From: Octopus vulgaris
Lineage: Eukaryota
Length of the DNA stretch: 64,000 bases
Direction of reading: 5' to 3'
Assembly (NCBI GenBank): GCA_951406725.2
Contig: OX597816.1
Location: 62,682,001 to 62,746,000 of the forward strand
Shown here: piece by piece, positions 25,421-41,971 of the stretch
Position numbering within the stretch: the stretch's first letter is position 1
Layout of the letters: every line of letters begins with the position of its first letter
The notes under the pieces: model-generated
The model's input: only the letters and a program-made list of their open reading frames with translations
Database searches by the model: none
What the model was told of the DNA's origin: nothing
Program-made: the position numbers and the translations under genes

Positions 25421-25651
25421 ATTTCTTTACTACCCACAAGGGGCTAAACACAGAAGAGACAAACAAGGATAGACAGACGGATTAAATCGATTATATCGAC
25501 CCCAGTGCGTAACTGGTACTTAATTTATCGACCCCGAACGGATGAAAGGCAAAGTCAACGTCGGTGGAATTTGAACTCAGAACGTAGCGGCAGACGAAAT
25601 ACTGCTAAACATTTCGCCCGGCGTGCTAGCGATTCTTCCATCTCGCCGCCT
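25421..25651 (-). mobile_element. Family A SINE, full length
   Basis: Reverse complement of 8386-8613; TSD tggt(t/a)atagatattacct. Confidence 0.9.
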
Positions 25652-25716
25652 TGGTAATAGATATTACCTTTTGGTGTTAATCTCTGTTGTTAATGTATAT
25701 TAGTAATATAATTACA

Positions 25717-25972
25717 TTGTGGAGGCGCGTGTCGTAGTAGTTAGGGTGTTAGCATCATGATCATAAGATTGTGGTTTCGATACCTAGCGACGCGTTGTGT
25801 TCTTGAGCAAAGCACTTCATTTCACGTTGCTCCAGTCCACTCAGCCGGCAAAAATGAGTAACGCTGCGATAGACTGGCGTCCCGCCCAGTTGGGGTACAT
25901 ATATGCCATAGAAACCGGGAAACCGAGCCCATGAGCCTGGCTAGGCTTTAAAAGGACGCATTTATTATTTTT
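25717..25972 (+). mobile_element. tRNA-derived SINE family D (V-domain-like centre)
   Basis: tRNA-like head, ctgcgatagactggcgtcccgcccag block, TSD taatataattaca (25704-25716 and 25973-25985). Confidence 0.8.
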
Positions 25973-26316
25973 TAATATAATTACAATGGATATCGGCTGT
26001 TAAAAATGTTCATTTGCAAGTGAGTCCACAACGTTGGAAGACGATATGAGGGCTAAAGAGCAATTTTAAGAAATAACAGCCAATTTTACCTCACATGACA
26101 TTCTACCACCTTAAGTAGAAAGGAGGAGGAGTATGTTTGGTAATAAACATTATCAAGATACTCTGCCGAAGACTTGTTGATGGTCATGTAAAGAACATCA
26201 TTTTTCATAGATGGACAACAACAACAACAATAACAACAACAACAACGGTGGCGGTGGCGGCGGCGGCGGCGAAACGACGGCAAAATCAACGAGTATTGCC
26301 ACAAACACTGAAACAC

Positions 26317-26540
26317 GGTGAGCTGGCTGAATCGTTAGCACGTCTGCAAAATGATTTCTGGAATTTGTTCCAATAGTTACATTCGTAGTTCAAATGGTGC
26401 CTAGGATTAACGATGCCTAGGATTATTGATATCCATCCGATACCAATAAATGAAGTGGGCATTAAATAGTGGGTCGATATAATTGACTAATGTTTCTAAA
26501 AATTATTTTTGGCTTTGTGCATTTGTTAGAATTAATTATT
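26317..26540 (+). mobile_element. Degraded family A SINE
   Basis: ggtgagctggctgaatcgttagcacg head and gggtcgatataattgact. Confidence 0.6.
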
Positions 26541-26634
26541 ACTGAATCTTAGTTTAGATACGAAATCATTTGAGGTTCATGAGTTCGTACGCCGTAGTGG
26601 GTAGAAGATATATCCATAGCTTCGGATCCGTCTG

Positions 26635-26685
<51 letters not shown>

Positions 26686-27159
26686 AGACAGAAAGATACA
26701 CAGACCGAAACTGAAAGAGAGGTTATATAACCTGAAACGTTCCTTTTATACGGAACATTTTAATATTTTTTGTGGAATGGTGGAACTGGTTTCACCCAGA
26801 AATCACATTTCTAGTTCATACTAAGCCACTACACTTGTTTTTGACAAACCTAGATAAAGCTAAATCAATGAGAGCACTGTAAAACAGAGGAAAGCTCTCG
26901 GCGAGTTCCTTTACCGACAAAGTTAACATTTCCGGTTGCAGTCATTTCAAAACAACACGTTTCTTTCCTCTTTTTATCTATATCCTTAACCCTGATGAAA
27001 TGAAATAAATATTGGTTTTGTTTTTCTCTTTATTTTTATTATATACAAGTCACTAGCATCAACGTTATTATTTTTTAAACTATTTTTTATATTTTCTCTT
27101 GTCATTGTGTTGATAGAAACATTAACTATCTAACTTATATATGTTACGTATTCAATATT

Positions 27160-27565
27160 TATTTCTTTATTGCCCACATGGAGCTAAACATAAAGGAGAC
27201 AAACGAGAGGATTAATACGATTACATCGACCCCAGTGCATAACTAGTACTTATTTAATCGAACCCGAAAGGATGAAAGGCAAAGTCGACCTCGGCGAAAT
27301 TTGAACTCAGAGCGTAACGGCAGACGAAATACCTATTTCTTTACTACCCACAAGGGGCTAAACACAGAGTGGACAAACAAGGACACACAAAAGGATTAAG
27401 TCGATTATATTGACCTCAGCGCGTAACTGGTACTTAATTTATCGACCCCGGAAGGATGAAAGGCAAAGTCGACCTCAGCGGAATTTGAACTCAGAGCGTA
27501 ACGGCAGACGAAATACCACCAAGCATTTCGCCCGGCGTCCTAGCGCTTCTGCCAGCTCGCTGCCT
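27160..27565 (-). mobile_element. Family A SINE tandem dimer
   Basis: Two head-to-tail copies joined near 27333. Confidence 0.87.
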
Positions 27566-28133
27566 TATCAAAGAGAAAATGATACGAACAATTAATTTAT
27601 TAACGCTCTATATAGGCGTCCCATATTAGAATATATATATCCTCGATCTTGTGAAGCGTCTCTTGATAGAAGTAAAAGTCTCAAAAGACGATAATGTATC
27701 TTGAAGAGAAATGTAGAAATCATCCAGATCTGCAAATAGGAATGGTCAGAATACGGCGACTGAAAACCGAAAAAAAACTTATAATAGAACGTGCCTTGCA
27801 GATGATTTGAAAAAACATGCAGCGAAGTACACAAACAATATTATCAAAGCCACAGAACTGATATTAAATAACCCCACCAAGCACTGCACAGGCATTATAC
27901 AGAGTGCATTTATTTAATAGGAGAGAAAATACGAGCGCAAAACAGAAACTTGCATATAAGGAAGCCCATGGAGTTGAATTGGGTAGTGCAGTGAAACTGT
28001 GGAAAGGAAAATGCGGCTACGAAAAATAATATGAATAGTTATAGTGATAGTATTAATATGTGCATTTGTGCATATTAAATTGTAATATGATATATATGTA
28101 TATATATATGTGTGTGTGTGTGTGCGTGCGCGC

Positions 28134-28174
<41 letters not shown>

Positions 28175-28218
28175 CGTATAGATGCATATATATATATATT
28201 CTCACAAACACAGACGCA

Positions 28219-28313
<95 letters not shown>

Positions 28314-29019
28314 TCTTACATTCTTACTGATTTTGGAAGTACATATGTATAGGCTATAGCATTTCACTTACAGCGAGAAAAGCTCATGTAAATATGAAAA
28401 TATGTAAATATATTGCCAATATGGCAGAATTCCACATTTGAAAACACCAGGTGCATGTTCTAATATCATTGTAACTTCTTCACCATTCCTAACGGAATTC
28501 TTCCTGAGAAATAAAAAAAAAAACTAAAAAAATATTTGCTTTCAATAAGAAATATAAATAAAATCGTTTCTCTTCGTATTGGTGTTAATTTTTTTCCCTT
28601 GATTTCGGGTATTTCACTGTTATCGCTTTCAGTTTTGTCCCGCGTTTTTTTTTGTTTGTTTTGTTATTTATTTTGGGGGGTTTTTTTTTGCCTTCCTAAA
28701 CGTATCTGAAGAGGTGTTGTTGCACATTGGTTATATTTTTTCCTCCCACTTTTCTTATTCTGTTTTAGTAATTATAGATGTGTATGTATATTTGCTTTTT
28801 TGTTTGTGTATGTATACGATACGTTTGGTTTCTGAATATGTTTTGTCTCGTTTTACACTGTCGTAAAAGAGTGACTGAATGTGCATATTTATTAATGCGT
28901 GGTTTAGAAAGTAAGCAGAAACGTAACGCATCTTTTATTTCAATAGCAAAATTGCTTTACCAATATAAACTGATAAATGACAGTAAGCACATGGGAAGGG
29001 GGGGGGGACAAAAAAGAAC

Positions 29020-29125
29020 ACGCAGGTGCAGTCATGGCTGTGTGGTAAGAGGCTTGCTTCCCAACAACATGGTTCCGGGTTCAATCCCACTGCGTAGTAC
29101 CTTTGGCAAGTGTCTTCTACTATAG
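29020..29125 (+). mobile_element. Family B SINE head fragment
   Basis: ggctgtgtggtaag..ggttcaatcccactgcg..ggcaagtgtcttctactatag. Confidence 0.8.
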
Positions 29126-29174
29126 TAAGTGAATTCTACCATGGCAAGTGACTTCTAATATATATATATATGTG

Positions 29175-32006
<2,832 letters not shown>

Positions 32007-32862
32007 ATATATATATACTAGCAGAATTGCCCGGCGTTGCTCGGGGCTGAATTGCTTGAAAGTACTGTTAATGATTGCACTGAATTATGATGATTATTCA
32101 GGCAAATATTGATATAAGCTTACGGTGGGAGATAAGGACTTAACGATCAAACGTGTGCCATTGCATTGTTTTGGGGGAACCAAATTTCTGATGAGCATTA
32201 TAGGGGCACCAACTTTAAGTTTGAGAAAGTGTGGTGGTAGTCCGGGGTGCTCAAAGGAATTGAGTACCTCTATTGGATAGTTGATGACTTCCTCTGGGTC
32301 AGGAGTTGTATCGATAGACTGATATACATAGACTTCCCCAGGAATGAGTTTTAGCATTTCATCATTAATATGGTGAACAGTTTTATTCCTCGGGGCCAGT
32401 ATAGCCTTTTTGCCAATCCAATCCATATTCTGATAATTAGCTTGTAGATCTGGGAACACTGCATCTCTGAGATCAGAAGGCGTCTTAACAATGGTACAAA
32501 TGGAATCGATGGCAATATTACCATTTTCATCCCCTGGTATTTTGCCTTCGCCAAGTGCAAGGAGGGTGTGAGGAAATGCTGCTGATGTGATATTACGTCG
32601 CATATGAGCACGCATATTGGTGTGAAGTTTGAGAGTTACTTCCGTTTATTTTAAAAAATATGCATTAAAATGGAAAAAAATGATGGTAAATTATTTGTAA
32701 AATCATAGACTCATCGTAGACGCGCGCTAATACCCAGAAGGGCTCGATATGAATCACGACTATAAGATACCCGCTTTTGGTTAAACTGCATCGCAAAATG
32801 TGGGAGTAGTTAGGAATCTAAATCGGAGTAGACAGACACACAACCTTTCTTTTATATATAAA

Positions 32863-33345
32863 TATTTTCGTCCTAAAAAACTTTGTATGGATTGAATGGT
32901 TACCTCTATGGAAATATATACACGCACATTATACATACATGTGTGTATAGATGAATATATAAATACATTTAAATATCTATATACACTTTTGGGCGATCTT
33001 TCTGTTTCTTAGAGATAACTTTAGATCTTATTTTCGTGCTAAAAAACTTTGTATGGAGTGAATGGTTACCTCTATGGAAATATATACACACACGTTATAC
33101 ATACATGTGTGCATAGATGAATATATAAATACATTTATATATCTATATACACTTTTGGGCGATCTCTGTGCTACTTAGAGATAACTTTAGATCTTATTTT
33201 CGTCCTAAAAAACTTTGTGGGGAGTGAATGGTTACGTGTATGGAAATATATACACACACATTATACATACATCTGTGTATAGATGAATATATAAATACAT
33301 TTAAATATCTATATACACTTTTGAGCGATCTTTCTGCTACTTGGA
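32863..33345. repeat. 166-bp tandem repeat (about 3 copies) inside the Helitron
   Basis: tattttcgt unit starts at 32863, 33029 and 33195; a further start follows the insertion near 33814. Confidence 0.9.
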
Positions 33346-33351
33346 TATAGG

Positions 33352-33802
33352 GGTGATGTTTCGCTTGTCGTAGCACACGTTTCCGTCGATTTCCGTAAAA
33401 AATGTAAACACTGAATCGGCCATACATAAATACATACATACACACACATACATACACACACACACACACACATACATGCATACATACATATACACATAAA
33501 CCGAGTAAAAAATTTCAGTTATCTCTCTCTTTCACACATTACTCTCTCTGTCTCTTCACACACACTAACAGAAGCACTTCACTTACACAACATACTGTCT
33601 GTCTCCCACACTCCATCAAACACACACACACACACACACACACATGTACATCAATGCGTCCCATGCACGGTAACTTCAAAAGAACTTCCCTCGTCATACA
33701 ATCGCTTTCTCTTAGTCTCTTTCGCTCTCATTACTTATGTAAAAAAATAAGTTTTTTACGGAAATCGACGGAAACCTGTGCTACGACAAGCGAAACATCG
33801 CC
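33352..33802. mobile_element. MITE with GG..CC termini and 8-bp TSD (Merlin-like)
   Basis: About 50-bp TIRs ggtgatgtttcgcttgtcgtagcac..ccgtaaaaaa; TSD gatatagg at 33344-33351 and 33803-33810. Confidence 0.82.
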
Positions 33803-34292
33803 GATATAGGTCTTATATTCGTCCTAAAATACTTTCCTGTCACACACTCACGCACACGCACGCACACACACACACACACACACACGAACCCTCACACACA
33901 CACACACGCACACACACACTCACACACACGCACGTTAGCTTACAATTTTATTTATATATTTGCGTGTCTATGTGTGTAAAGAGGAAGTGGCAGACTGAAA
34001 GAGTCACTCACTACAAAAGGTGAATTACTTTCATTTTATTCCTTGCACACTGTGTGTGTGCGTGTGCGTGTGGTGTAAAACACATTAAGAAAAGCATTTG
34101 AAATACACACCAGAATGTGAGTTTTCTGTAAATTTTGCTTAATTGGAGTTTAAATTTTAAAAAGTGGACCTGGCAAAACCCGATGCATTCTACTCTTAAA
34201 AATGCTAAGTAAATTGTAATTGAAGAAATCCTATATTGTAGATTTCTATAACTGACAAAGGGAGGCAGATAAAATCTGCCTTTTATAATAAG

Positions 34293-34360
<68 letters not shown>

Positions 34361-34413
34361 ATGTATGTATGTATGTATGCATGTATGAATGTATGTAGGT
34401 GTATATATATATA

Positions 34414-34880
34414 TAATTTGAATTAAAGTGGGAGTGAAAAATTGGATATTAATTTGATAACATCAATTGTAGCACCAGTGGTCTAGCATATAAAAAACTG
34501 AGGTTCAGTAAATAGTATTACATACATAAAAAGAGAATTTACCACTATGTGGAAACCCTTATGCTAGAAGAAGATCCGCTATGGTCTTACCACTAAGAAT
34601 TGTTCTCTAGAAAATTTAGCAAAGACCAGAAACGTAAGCGAGCAAGATAAATGAAAAGTAACAAAAATATAGATTAATCATAAACAAATGTTTCACTATC
34701 AACAAATTGCGTAATTTTACTTTCATAATTTATCTGTAGATCTTCAGTATGATCGTCCATAAGAAATATAATTTGCAGTTTCTGGTGTTAGCTAAATTTT
34801 CTAGAGAACAATTATTAGTGGTAAGACAATAACGGATCTTCTTCTAGCATAAGGGGTTCCACACAGTGGTAAATTCCCTC
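34414..34880. mobile_element. Fold-back element with intact-looking HHR
   Basis: Arms about 34532-34633 and 34779-34880. HHR on minus at 34677-34753: atcata CTGAAGA ..stemII.. GAAAC attt GTT tatgat. Confidence 0.82.
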
Positions 34881-35026
34881 GCCTTTAGCTGATCGACCAC
34901 TGGACTTATTCTTTGTAAGCCTAGGACTTATTCTATCGATCTCTTTTGCCGAACCGCTAAGTTACGGGAACGTGAACACACTAGCATCGGTTGTCAAGCG
35001 ATGTTGGGTGGACAAACACAGACACA

Positions 35027-35099
<73 letters not shown>

Positions 35100-35275
35100 T
35101 ATACATATATACGATGGGCTTCTTTCCGTTTTCATCTACCAAATCCTCTAACAAGGCTTTCGATGACCCAAGGCTTTTGAAGAAGACATTTGCCCAAGGT
35201 GCCACGCAGTGGGACTGAATCTGGAACTATGTGACTGGTAAGCAAGCTACTTACCACACAGCCATTCCTGCACCT
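34881..35275 (-). mobile_element. Family B SINE
   Basis: Reverse complement of 35568-35965 with an internal microsatellite. Confidence 0.85.
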
Positions 35276-35567
35276 ATTTTTTGCAAAACCTGATAAAATT
35301 TGATACTCAGAACCTATATTTCTATATGTTTAAAATAAACGATTGCTTATCCCCCAACTGTAAGAAACTTGGTTACTACCTTCATAACTGGATTCATATC
35401 TGTCGATAGTTTGGATCATCGTGAATAAAGGCTGCGTATTTTCAACAGATGGACGCTTTTTTCTTATTTATGAACCCAATCGCACGTAGAGCTGGGTTTC
35501 TCTCAGTAAAAATCTTTAGACGCAAGTCATACGATTTGATTTTCTCTAAGAAATGTAACCATTAATA

Positions 35568-35965
35568 GGTGCAGGAGTGGCTGTGTGGTAAGTAGCTAGC
35601 TTACCAGCCACATGGTTCTGGATTCAGTCTCACTGCATGGCACCTTGAGCAAGTGTCTTCTACTAAAGCCTCGAGCCGACCAAAGCCTTGTGAGTGGATT
35701 TGGTAGACGGAAACTGAAAGAAGCCCGTCGTATATATGTGTATGTGTTTGTGTGTGTCTGTATTTGTCTCCCCAACATCGCTTGACAACCGATGCTGTTG
35801 TGTCTACGTCCCCGTACCTTAGCGGTTCTGCAAAAGATACCGATAGAATAAGTACTAGGTTTACAAAGAATAAGTCCTGGGGTCAATTTGCTCGACTAAA
35901 GGCGGTGCTCCAGCATGGCTGCAGTCAAATGACTGAAACAAGTAAAAGAGTAAAGAATAAAAGAG
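35568..35965 (+). mobile_element. tRNA-derived SINE family B, full length
   Basis: ggtgcaggagtggctgtgtggtaag head, internal TA/TG tract, tail ggcggtgctccagcatggctgcagtcaaatgactgaaac then (gtaaaaga)n. Confidence 0.9.
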
Positions 35966-37529
35966 TATTCAGAAACGTCAATATTAATCACATTGCAAAA
36001 CCTTCCATGGAATGAAGAGAGTATTACCACTTTTAGAATATTGTTTGAAACCGAGCGAATAAGCATAATTATCTGCCAGCACGGATCTATATAAATCATT
36101 TTAACCAGTTGCATTGTAAACACAAGAGAAATTCTAGGTCAAAAACTTATGTTTTGTTACATAGAGCCAACCTAATGATCTTATCCTTGACAATATATTT
36201 TTAGATAAATGTGTGGAAGGTTATTCACACAATACGTAAAAAGAACTAACTGTAATGTTCACAGTAAGCTTGACTTAACGCGAGTTTTTTTTGGTCATGG
36301 TAGAGTTGTTTTTTTTACATTTTGCAATTAATAAAACCATCTGCTGAGTATATAATACACTACTGTCCATTTGAGAACGTCTCAATGAGACAATTTTCAG
36401 TTGATTGATTTCCTCAAGTTTATCAGCTTCGGCAGGATGTGTTGCTCACAAATTGTGTTTTAAGTGTATTGGCGGCATTACATCATTACTAAGTGTCTTA
36501 TAGCATATTACGTATTGAGGTACTTCTGTATTAGATTTCTGAAGTGACACAAATTGAAATGTAATATAATTATCACAAGAATTTCGCTTTTTTCCACTCA
36601 TTGGAAATATTTCACAACAAAATGGGAACTAAGAATCTTTAAAAAAGGACAAAATTATTTACTGAAATTACAGAATAAATTAACATTTTAAATGCATACG
36701 GCATAATAAGTATATACCAATAAATAACCCTACAATACTAAAATATTACAAGAAAAATAGATTGATATATATACATTCAAACACAACACATGATTTTTAA
36801 CAGGAGGAGGCTTCATACCAAAATCATGCTGATTTAAAAACGCGTACCGATTAAAAAATGAAAAACATTTCTGTATAAATGTCATGCGATTAAATTATTT
36901 TTCAATGAAATGTTATTGACTTATGTGCACGCTATTCTTGTTTGGATGCTCTCCATATAAAAAAGAAAAAAAACATGTTTAATATTTACGTGAGATTCAC
37001 AAAAGGACGTAAAAAGAATTCTGTATATTGACATCACAATGTGAACATACCTAAATTTTCATGCTAGCCTTTTTAACCACTCTTCTACAATGCAGATTTA
37101 TATACTTCATGATCTAAACCTAATCCGGTTTCAAGATAAGAAGTCATTTACGCCAAAAATAGCCTTCGCCAGCGTTTTTTCCAATATAAAACACGATTTG
37201 AAACTATCTAAATTATTGTAAATTAAACTACTTGAAAATCGGGAATTTTATCCATTTTTAGTGGCAAATATTAAGCATTAAAAACTCTTAGAATTTTTTT
37301 AAAATACTTAAATTTTCTCTGAAATTTGAATTTTTAAGTGTTCATCTATTACAAAAATGCTATTTTATTCTTAATAGGAATCAATAAGAATTTCCGAATT
37401 AAAGCATAATTTTAAATGTCTGAAAACTATTTTAGAATATATTCAAGGCAGCAATATAAAATATAGGTTCACTAGAGAAAGGCACAATTGCTAAGGTCTT
37501 GCGCTCTGCGCTCCAGCAAAATGCTATTC

Positions 37530-39010
37530 ATGCCTCCATCCTTTAGAGGGCGCACTCCTTGGCTGGGAACCACGGGATTAAACAATTATACCAAAGTTTT
37601 ATACCGTTGTTTTGAAACCACTATGTATCTGCATATCCAGTTTCATCCGGAATGACATCGACTCCTTGTCCCATCTTCCCAAAACAAGTGAAACAAATTC
37701 ACTTCTTAGTTTTGATGTGGTAAACCTCTACACCAATATTCTACCTGATTTAGGAATAATGGTGATTAAATATTGAATAGTAAAACATAAAGAAATGATC
37801 CCTAACAGATTCACAGGGCCATTTATATTAGACACAATCAGACTTATTTAGGAAAACAACGCATTCTTTTTCAATGGAAAGAGTTACATCCAAATTAAAG
37901 GCACGGCAATGAGAACGAGGTTTGTCCCGGTTTACGCGAACTCTCTAATGGGATATCTAGAACAGCAACTCTACCAAGAAGTAGAAGAGGAAAACCATAG
38001 CACTAGATTTAGAAATTATATCGAAAAGGCTTGGAAGAGATGCCTTGACGATTGTTTCATAATCTGAACAGAATCTTTAAATACTCTGGAAGAGTTCAAT
38101 ATCCTCCTGAACAACCTACACCCATCTGTCCAATTTACAAAGGAGATGAGTAGTACCAAATTACCATTCCTAAATATTATGGTAATTAAAAAGGGCACCA
38201 CCATTACCACAAATATATACTACTAACACGCGGACACACATCAATAGAATTTGTACCATTGTAGAAGATGCAAATATCACGAACAAACGCCTAACAGAAC
38301 TAAGAGAACTTTTGCTGAAACAGTAATACCCGTCTCTACTTATAGAAAATGGCCTACAGCGGGCTATAAAAATACCCATACAACAACTGAGGACAACCCA
38401 AAGAAAAGGAAAACAGGAACAAGACATACAATTTGTTGTGACACACAACCCATGTCACCAGATTATCTTCGGTATTGCCGAAGGAAACCTACCAATCATT
38501 GCCCAAAGTAATGAATTAAAAGATATAATCAGAGATTGAGCTATGCTCTTAGTAAAACACAGCCTAAAATTTTTTTTAATTATTAACAAAGGCAAAGTTT
38601 GACCTTAGCAACAAAGACCAATCATACACTGTATCTACATGCAATGATAGGCGATGTGGCCCATGCCAATTCATACATACCGGCAAATAAATGAATACAA
38701 AAACCGGAAAAAATATTCACAAATGCAAATATGAACTGCAAAAGCCGAAATTTCATTTACTGCATCCAATGTCCAAATTGTGAAGAACTATATGAAGGTC
38801 AGACAGGGAAATGCACTTTCGGAATGTTCAGGTGTGCACCGAGGACAAATCAGATACCCAGATGTCCGTCAGATACCTTTGAGTATCAATCTAGCAACAT
38901 GCGATCCAAACACATTCGTAATATTTCCATTCTGTAAACTACACAGTCCAAGTTTATATAAAAGAAAAATCAGAGAAAGGAATGTATTAATAAATGCCAA
39001 TCCAAGCTAA
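37530..39010 (+). mobile_element. Heavily decayed PLE (RT plus GIY-YIG)
   Basis: SFDVVNLYTNI, YIQIKGTAM, LDDCFII, NCKSRNFIYCIQCPNCEELYEGQTG; many stops. Confidence 0.85.
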
Positions 39011-39429
39011 ATAAACAATAGTACTAATACTTAGAGGTACTATTTCTACGGCTACGATCACTACCACTATCAACAACAATACTGAAGGTACTAGTTATGA
39101 TGATAGCAGGAAAATACTAGCTAAGTCAAGAGAAAAGTAAATAAAAATAATCTTATTTGGGGTTTGTAAAGTTCTATTACCACAGCTACTCCTACCACCA
39201 CCACTATCACCACCACCACCAACAAGAGCAATAATAAAGGCGATGATAATGATGATGATGATTGATATGTAAAAATTCCTGGGAAATGTTTACAACATTT
39301 CTATAAATAGCCCAACAATTACTGCTTTAGCCAGGGTCAAAATATAGGTCTCTTCAGATGTCCAACAAAGCTTGACGCCTCAACCAAACACCAGTCAACT
39401 TAAATTGATTTTAGTAGGCAATAATCGAT

Positions 39430-39602
39430 ACCAGCTCTTATTTTCTTTTTAAGCCTGGAACTTATTGTATCGGTTCATTTAACCGAATCGCTTGATCCGG
39501 TGAGACACCGGTTGTCTTGTAGCGGTGGGGAATAAACACAAAGGCACTCTCTCTCTCTCTCTCTTTCACACACACGCACACACATGACACACACATACAC
39601 AC

Positions 39603-39682
<80 letters not shown>

Positions 39683-40030
39683 ACACACACACTATATATA
39701 TATATTTCTCTCCTTGTTTTTTTCTGTGTCCCTTTCTGTAGAAGAGCGTAGGCTCGAAACGTAAAAGACTTTTTCTATTCCTGAGCGTTATACTATTGCA
39801 TCTGTCTGTTTTGTACACCACCTGTCTTTGTCTTTTGTTTGTTTTTTTCGTAAACGCTCCCTATATATATATATACACACACACACAACAGGCTTATTTA
39901 TATTTCCGTCTACCAAATCCACTCACAGGCCTTCAGTCGGCTCGAGACTATATTAGACACTTGCCCAAGGTGCCACGCACTGGGAGTGAACCTGGAAACA
40001 TGTGACTGGGAAGAAAACTTCTTACCACAG
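39430..40030 (-). mobile_element. Family B SINE interrupted at its internal microsatellite
   Basis: Head at 39900-40030 and 3' part at 39430-39545, separated by (CA)n and an HHR element. Confidence 0.75.
39700..39862 (+). mobile_element. Short HHR-like element between (TA)n tracts
   Basis: 39732-39767: cttt CTGTAGA a gagc gtag gctc GAAAC GTA aaag (one core variant). Confidence 0.72.
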
Positions 40031-40383
40031 CCTCGTCGAATTTTATTTTATGTCTGCCTTTTGCAAATATTTACTATCGTTCAAAATTTTGCCACGGTGG
40101 GCGTGTTAGAGATGTGCAGTTCCAAACAGTCCTGATGTGCTTAATAACTAGATAAACCAATAAAACGTAACGTAAAAAGAAACAGACCTTTCAAAATGGA
40201 AGCAACATACATACACACGGGAGCTGGAAAGCGCGGCAACAACATTAATTAACAAATATGTACGGATGAACGTTATGGAAAAGTTCAATACCCCGCAGTG
40301 ACAATAGTTTCATATCAACAATAATCTTCTTAATCTACAAATCTTTTTAGAGGTAACCATACCTAGTACACAATACTTAAATC

Positions 40384-40414
<31 letters not shown>

Positions 40415-40476
40415 CATACATACATACATACATACATACATACATACATACATACATACATACATACATACATACA

Positions 40477-40670
40477 TGTTGAAAGATTTAAAAGGCCAAA
40501 CAATGCAAATAGATTTTAAGATGAGGTAATCGTTGGTTCTATATGTATCCATATACTTACTTCTAGTTTACGTTACCTCATCTTAAAATCTGTTTTCATT
40601 GTTTGGCCTTTTAAATCTCTCAACGTTATATTCCATATACAATGCTTCAAGCAAACTATAAAATCTCATA
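40477..40670. mobile_element. Fold-back element between (CATA)n and (TA)n
   Basis: Arms 40477-40529 and 40573-40625. Confidence 0.65.
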
Positions 40671-40790
40671 TATACATATATAAATATATTTATATATATA
40701 TATATATACATATATATTTATGTGTACATACGTATACATAAATATACATATATACATATATGCATACATACATGCATAGATACATATGTA

Positions 40791-40839
<49 letters not shown>

Positions 40840-40856
40840 CAGGTGGCTAGATAGAC

Positions 40857-40904
<48 letters not shown>

Positions 40905-41057
40905 CGCGAGGGGGACGGGCTATAGAGAGATAGAGAGATACAGACATACATAGAAAGATGGACAGACCGATATATAAGATATACAATTATAATATACATA
41001 CATGTAGGTAGATAGATGGATATAGATAGATAAAGTGTACACATATATCTATATTTG

Positions 41058-41096
<39 letters not shown>

Positions 41097-41102
<6 letters not shown>

Positions 41103-41284
41103 TATATAGAAGGAGCTTCTACAGGACTAGAACTGTTTCATTCAAGAGAAATCTTCCTGAAGATTTCTCTTGAATGAAACAGTTCTAGTCCTGTAGAAGC
41201 TCCTTCTATATAATAAATTAATTTTACTCTGCTATGTATTGAGTACCTTATTTACTGTGGTTAACCCCGATTCAACCCGGGACC

Positions 41285-41289
<5 letters not shown>
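41097..41289. mobile_element. Perfect fold-back HHR element between (TA)n tracts
   Basis: 60-bp perfect arms 41097-41156 and 41159-41218 with a 2-nt loop; CTGAAGA tttctcttgaat GAAAC agttcta GTC ctgtag starts at the axis. Confidence 0.85.
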
Positions 41290-41320
<31 letters not shown>

Positions 41321-41836
41321 CATGTATATATGTATATATGTATATACATATTTATCTGTCTACTTGTCTAGCTAGTTATCTACCTATACATCTATATGTA
41401 CATGAATGTATGTACTTACGTATGTATATATGTGTGTTTATACACATAGCTACATTGACAGGTAGATACGTGTATTAGTAGATAGATAAATAGGTTGATG
41501 GATAGATCTAGTTATAGATATTGACACATAACCCCCTCACCCCTCCGTGTACGCACACACACACACACACGTATATGAATGTATCTGTAGGCATGTACAT
41601 GTATATTCCAATACAGAGATACAATTTCCTATATGCATTCTCTATGTACCAAATATCAGAGTTCATGCATGTTGTTTGCCATTACCAAAATATCAAATAT
41701 CAAAGTTCACACGTGAAGATATGCTTGTTACAGCACGCACACACATACTCACACACATGTTTGCGCACACACATACACACTTATATATATATATGTATAT
41801 GTATATATATATGTATGTATGTAAAATTTCTCTCTT

Positions 41837-41971
<135 letters not shown>

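Larger units (their letters stand above)
32018..34293 (-). mobile_element. Composite non-autonomous Helitron with PIF1-type helicase fragment
   Basis: 3' hairpin cccgagcaacgccggg then CTAG at 32018; ORF 32094-32615 has ILAPRN, LKLKVGAPIMLIRNL, CNGTRL; 5' TC end at 34293; inserted between A and T in TA tracts. Confidence 0.85.
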
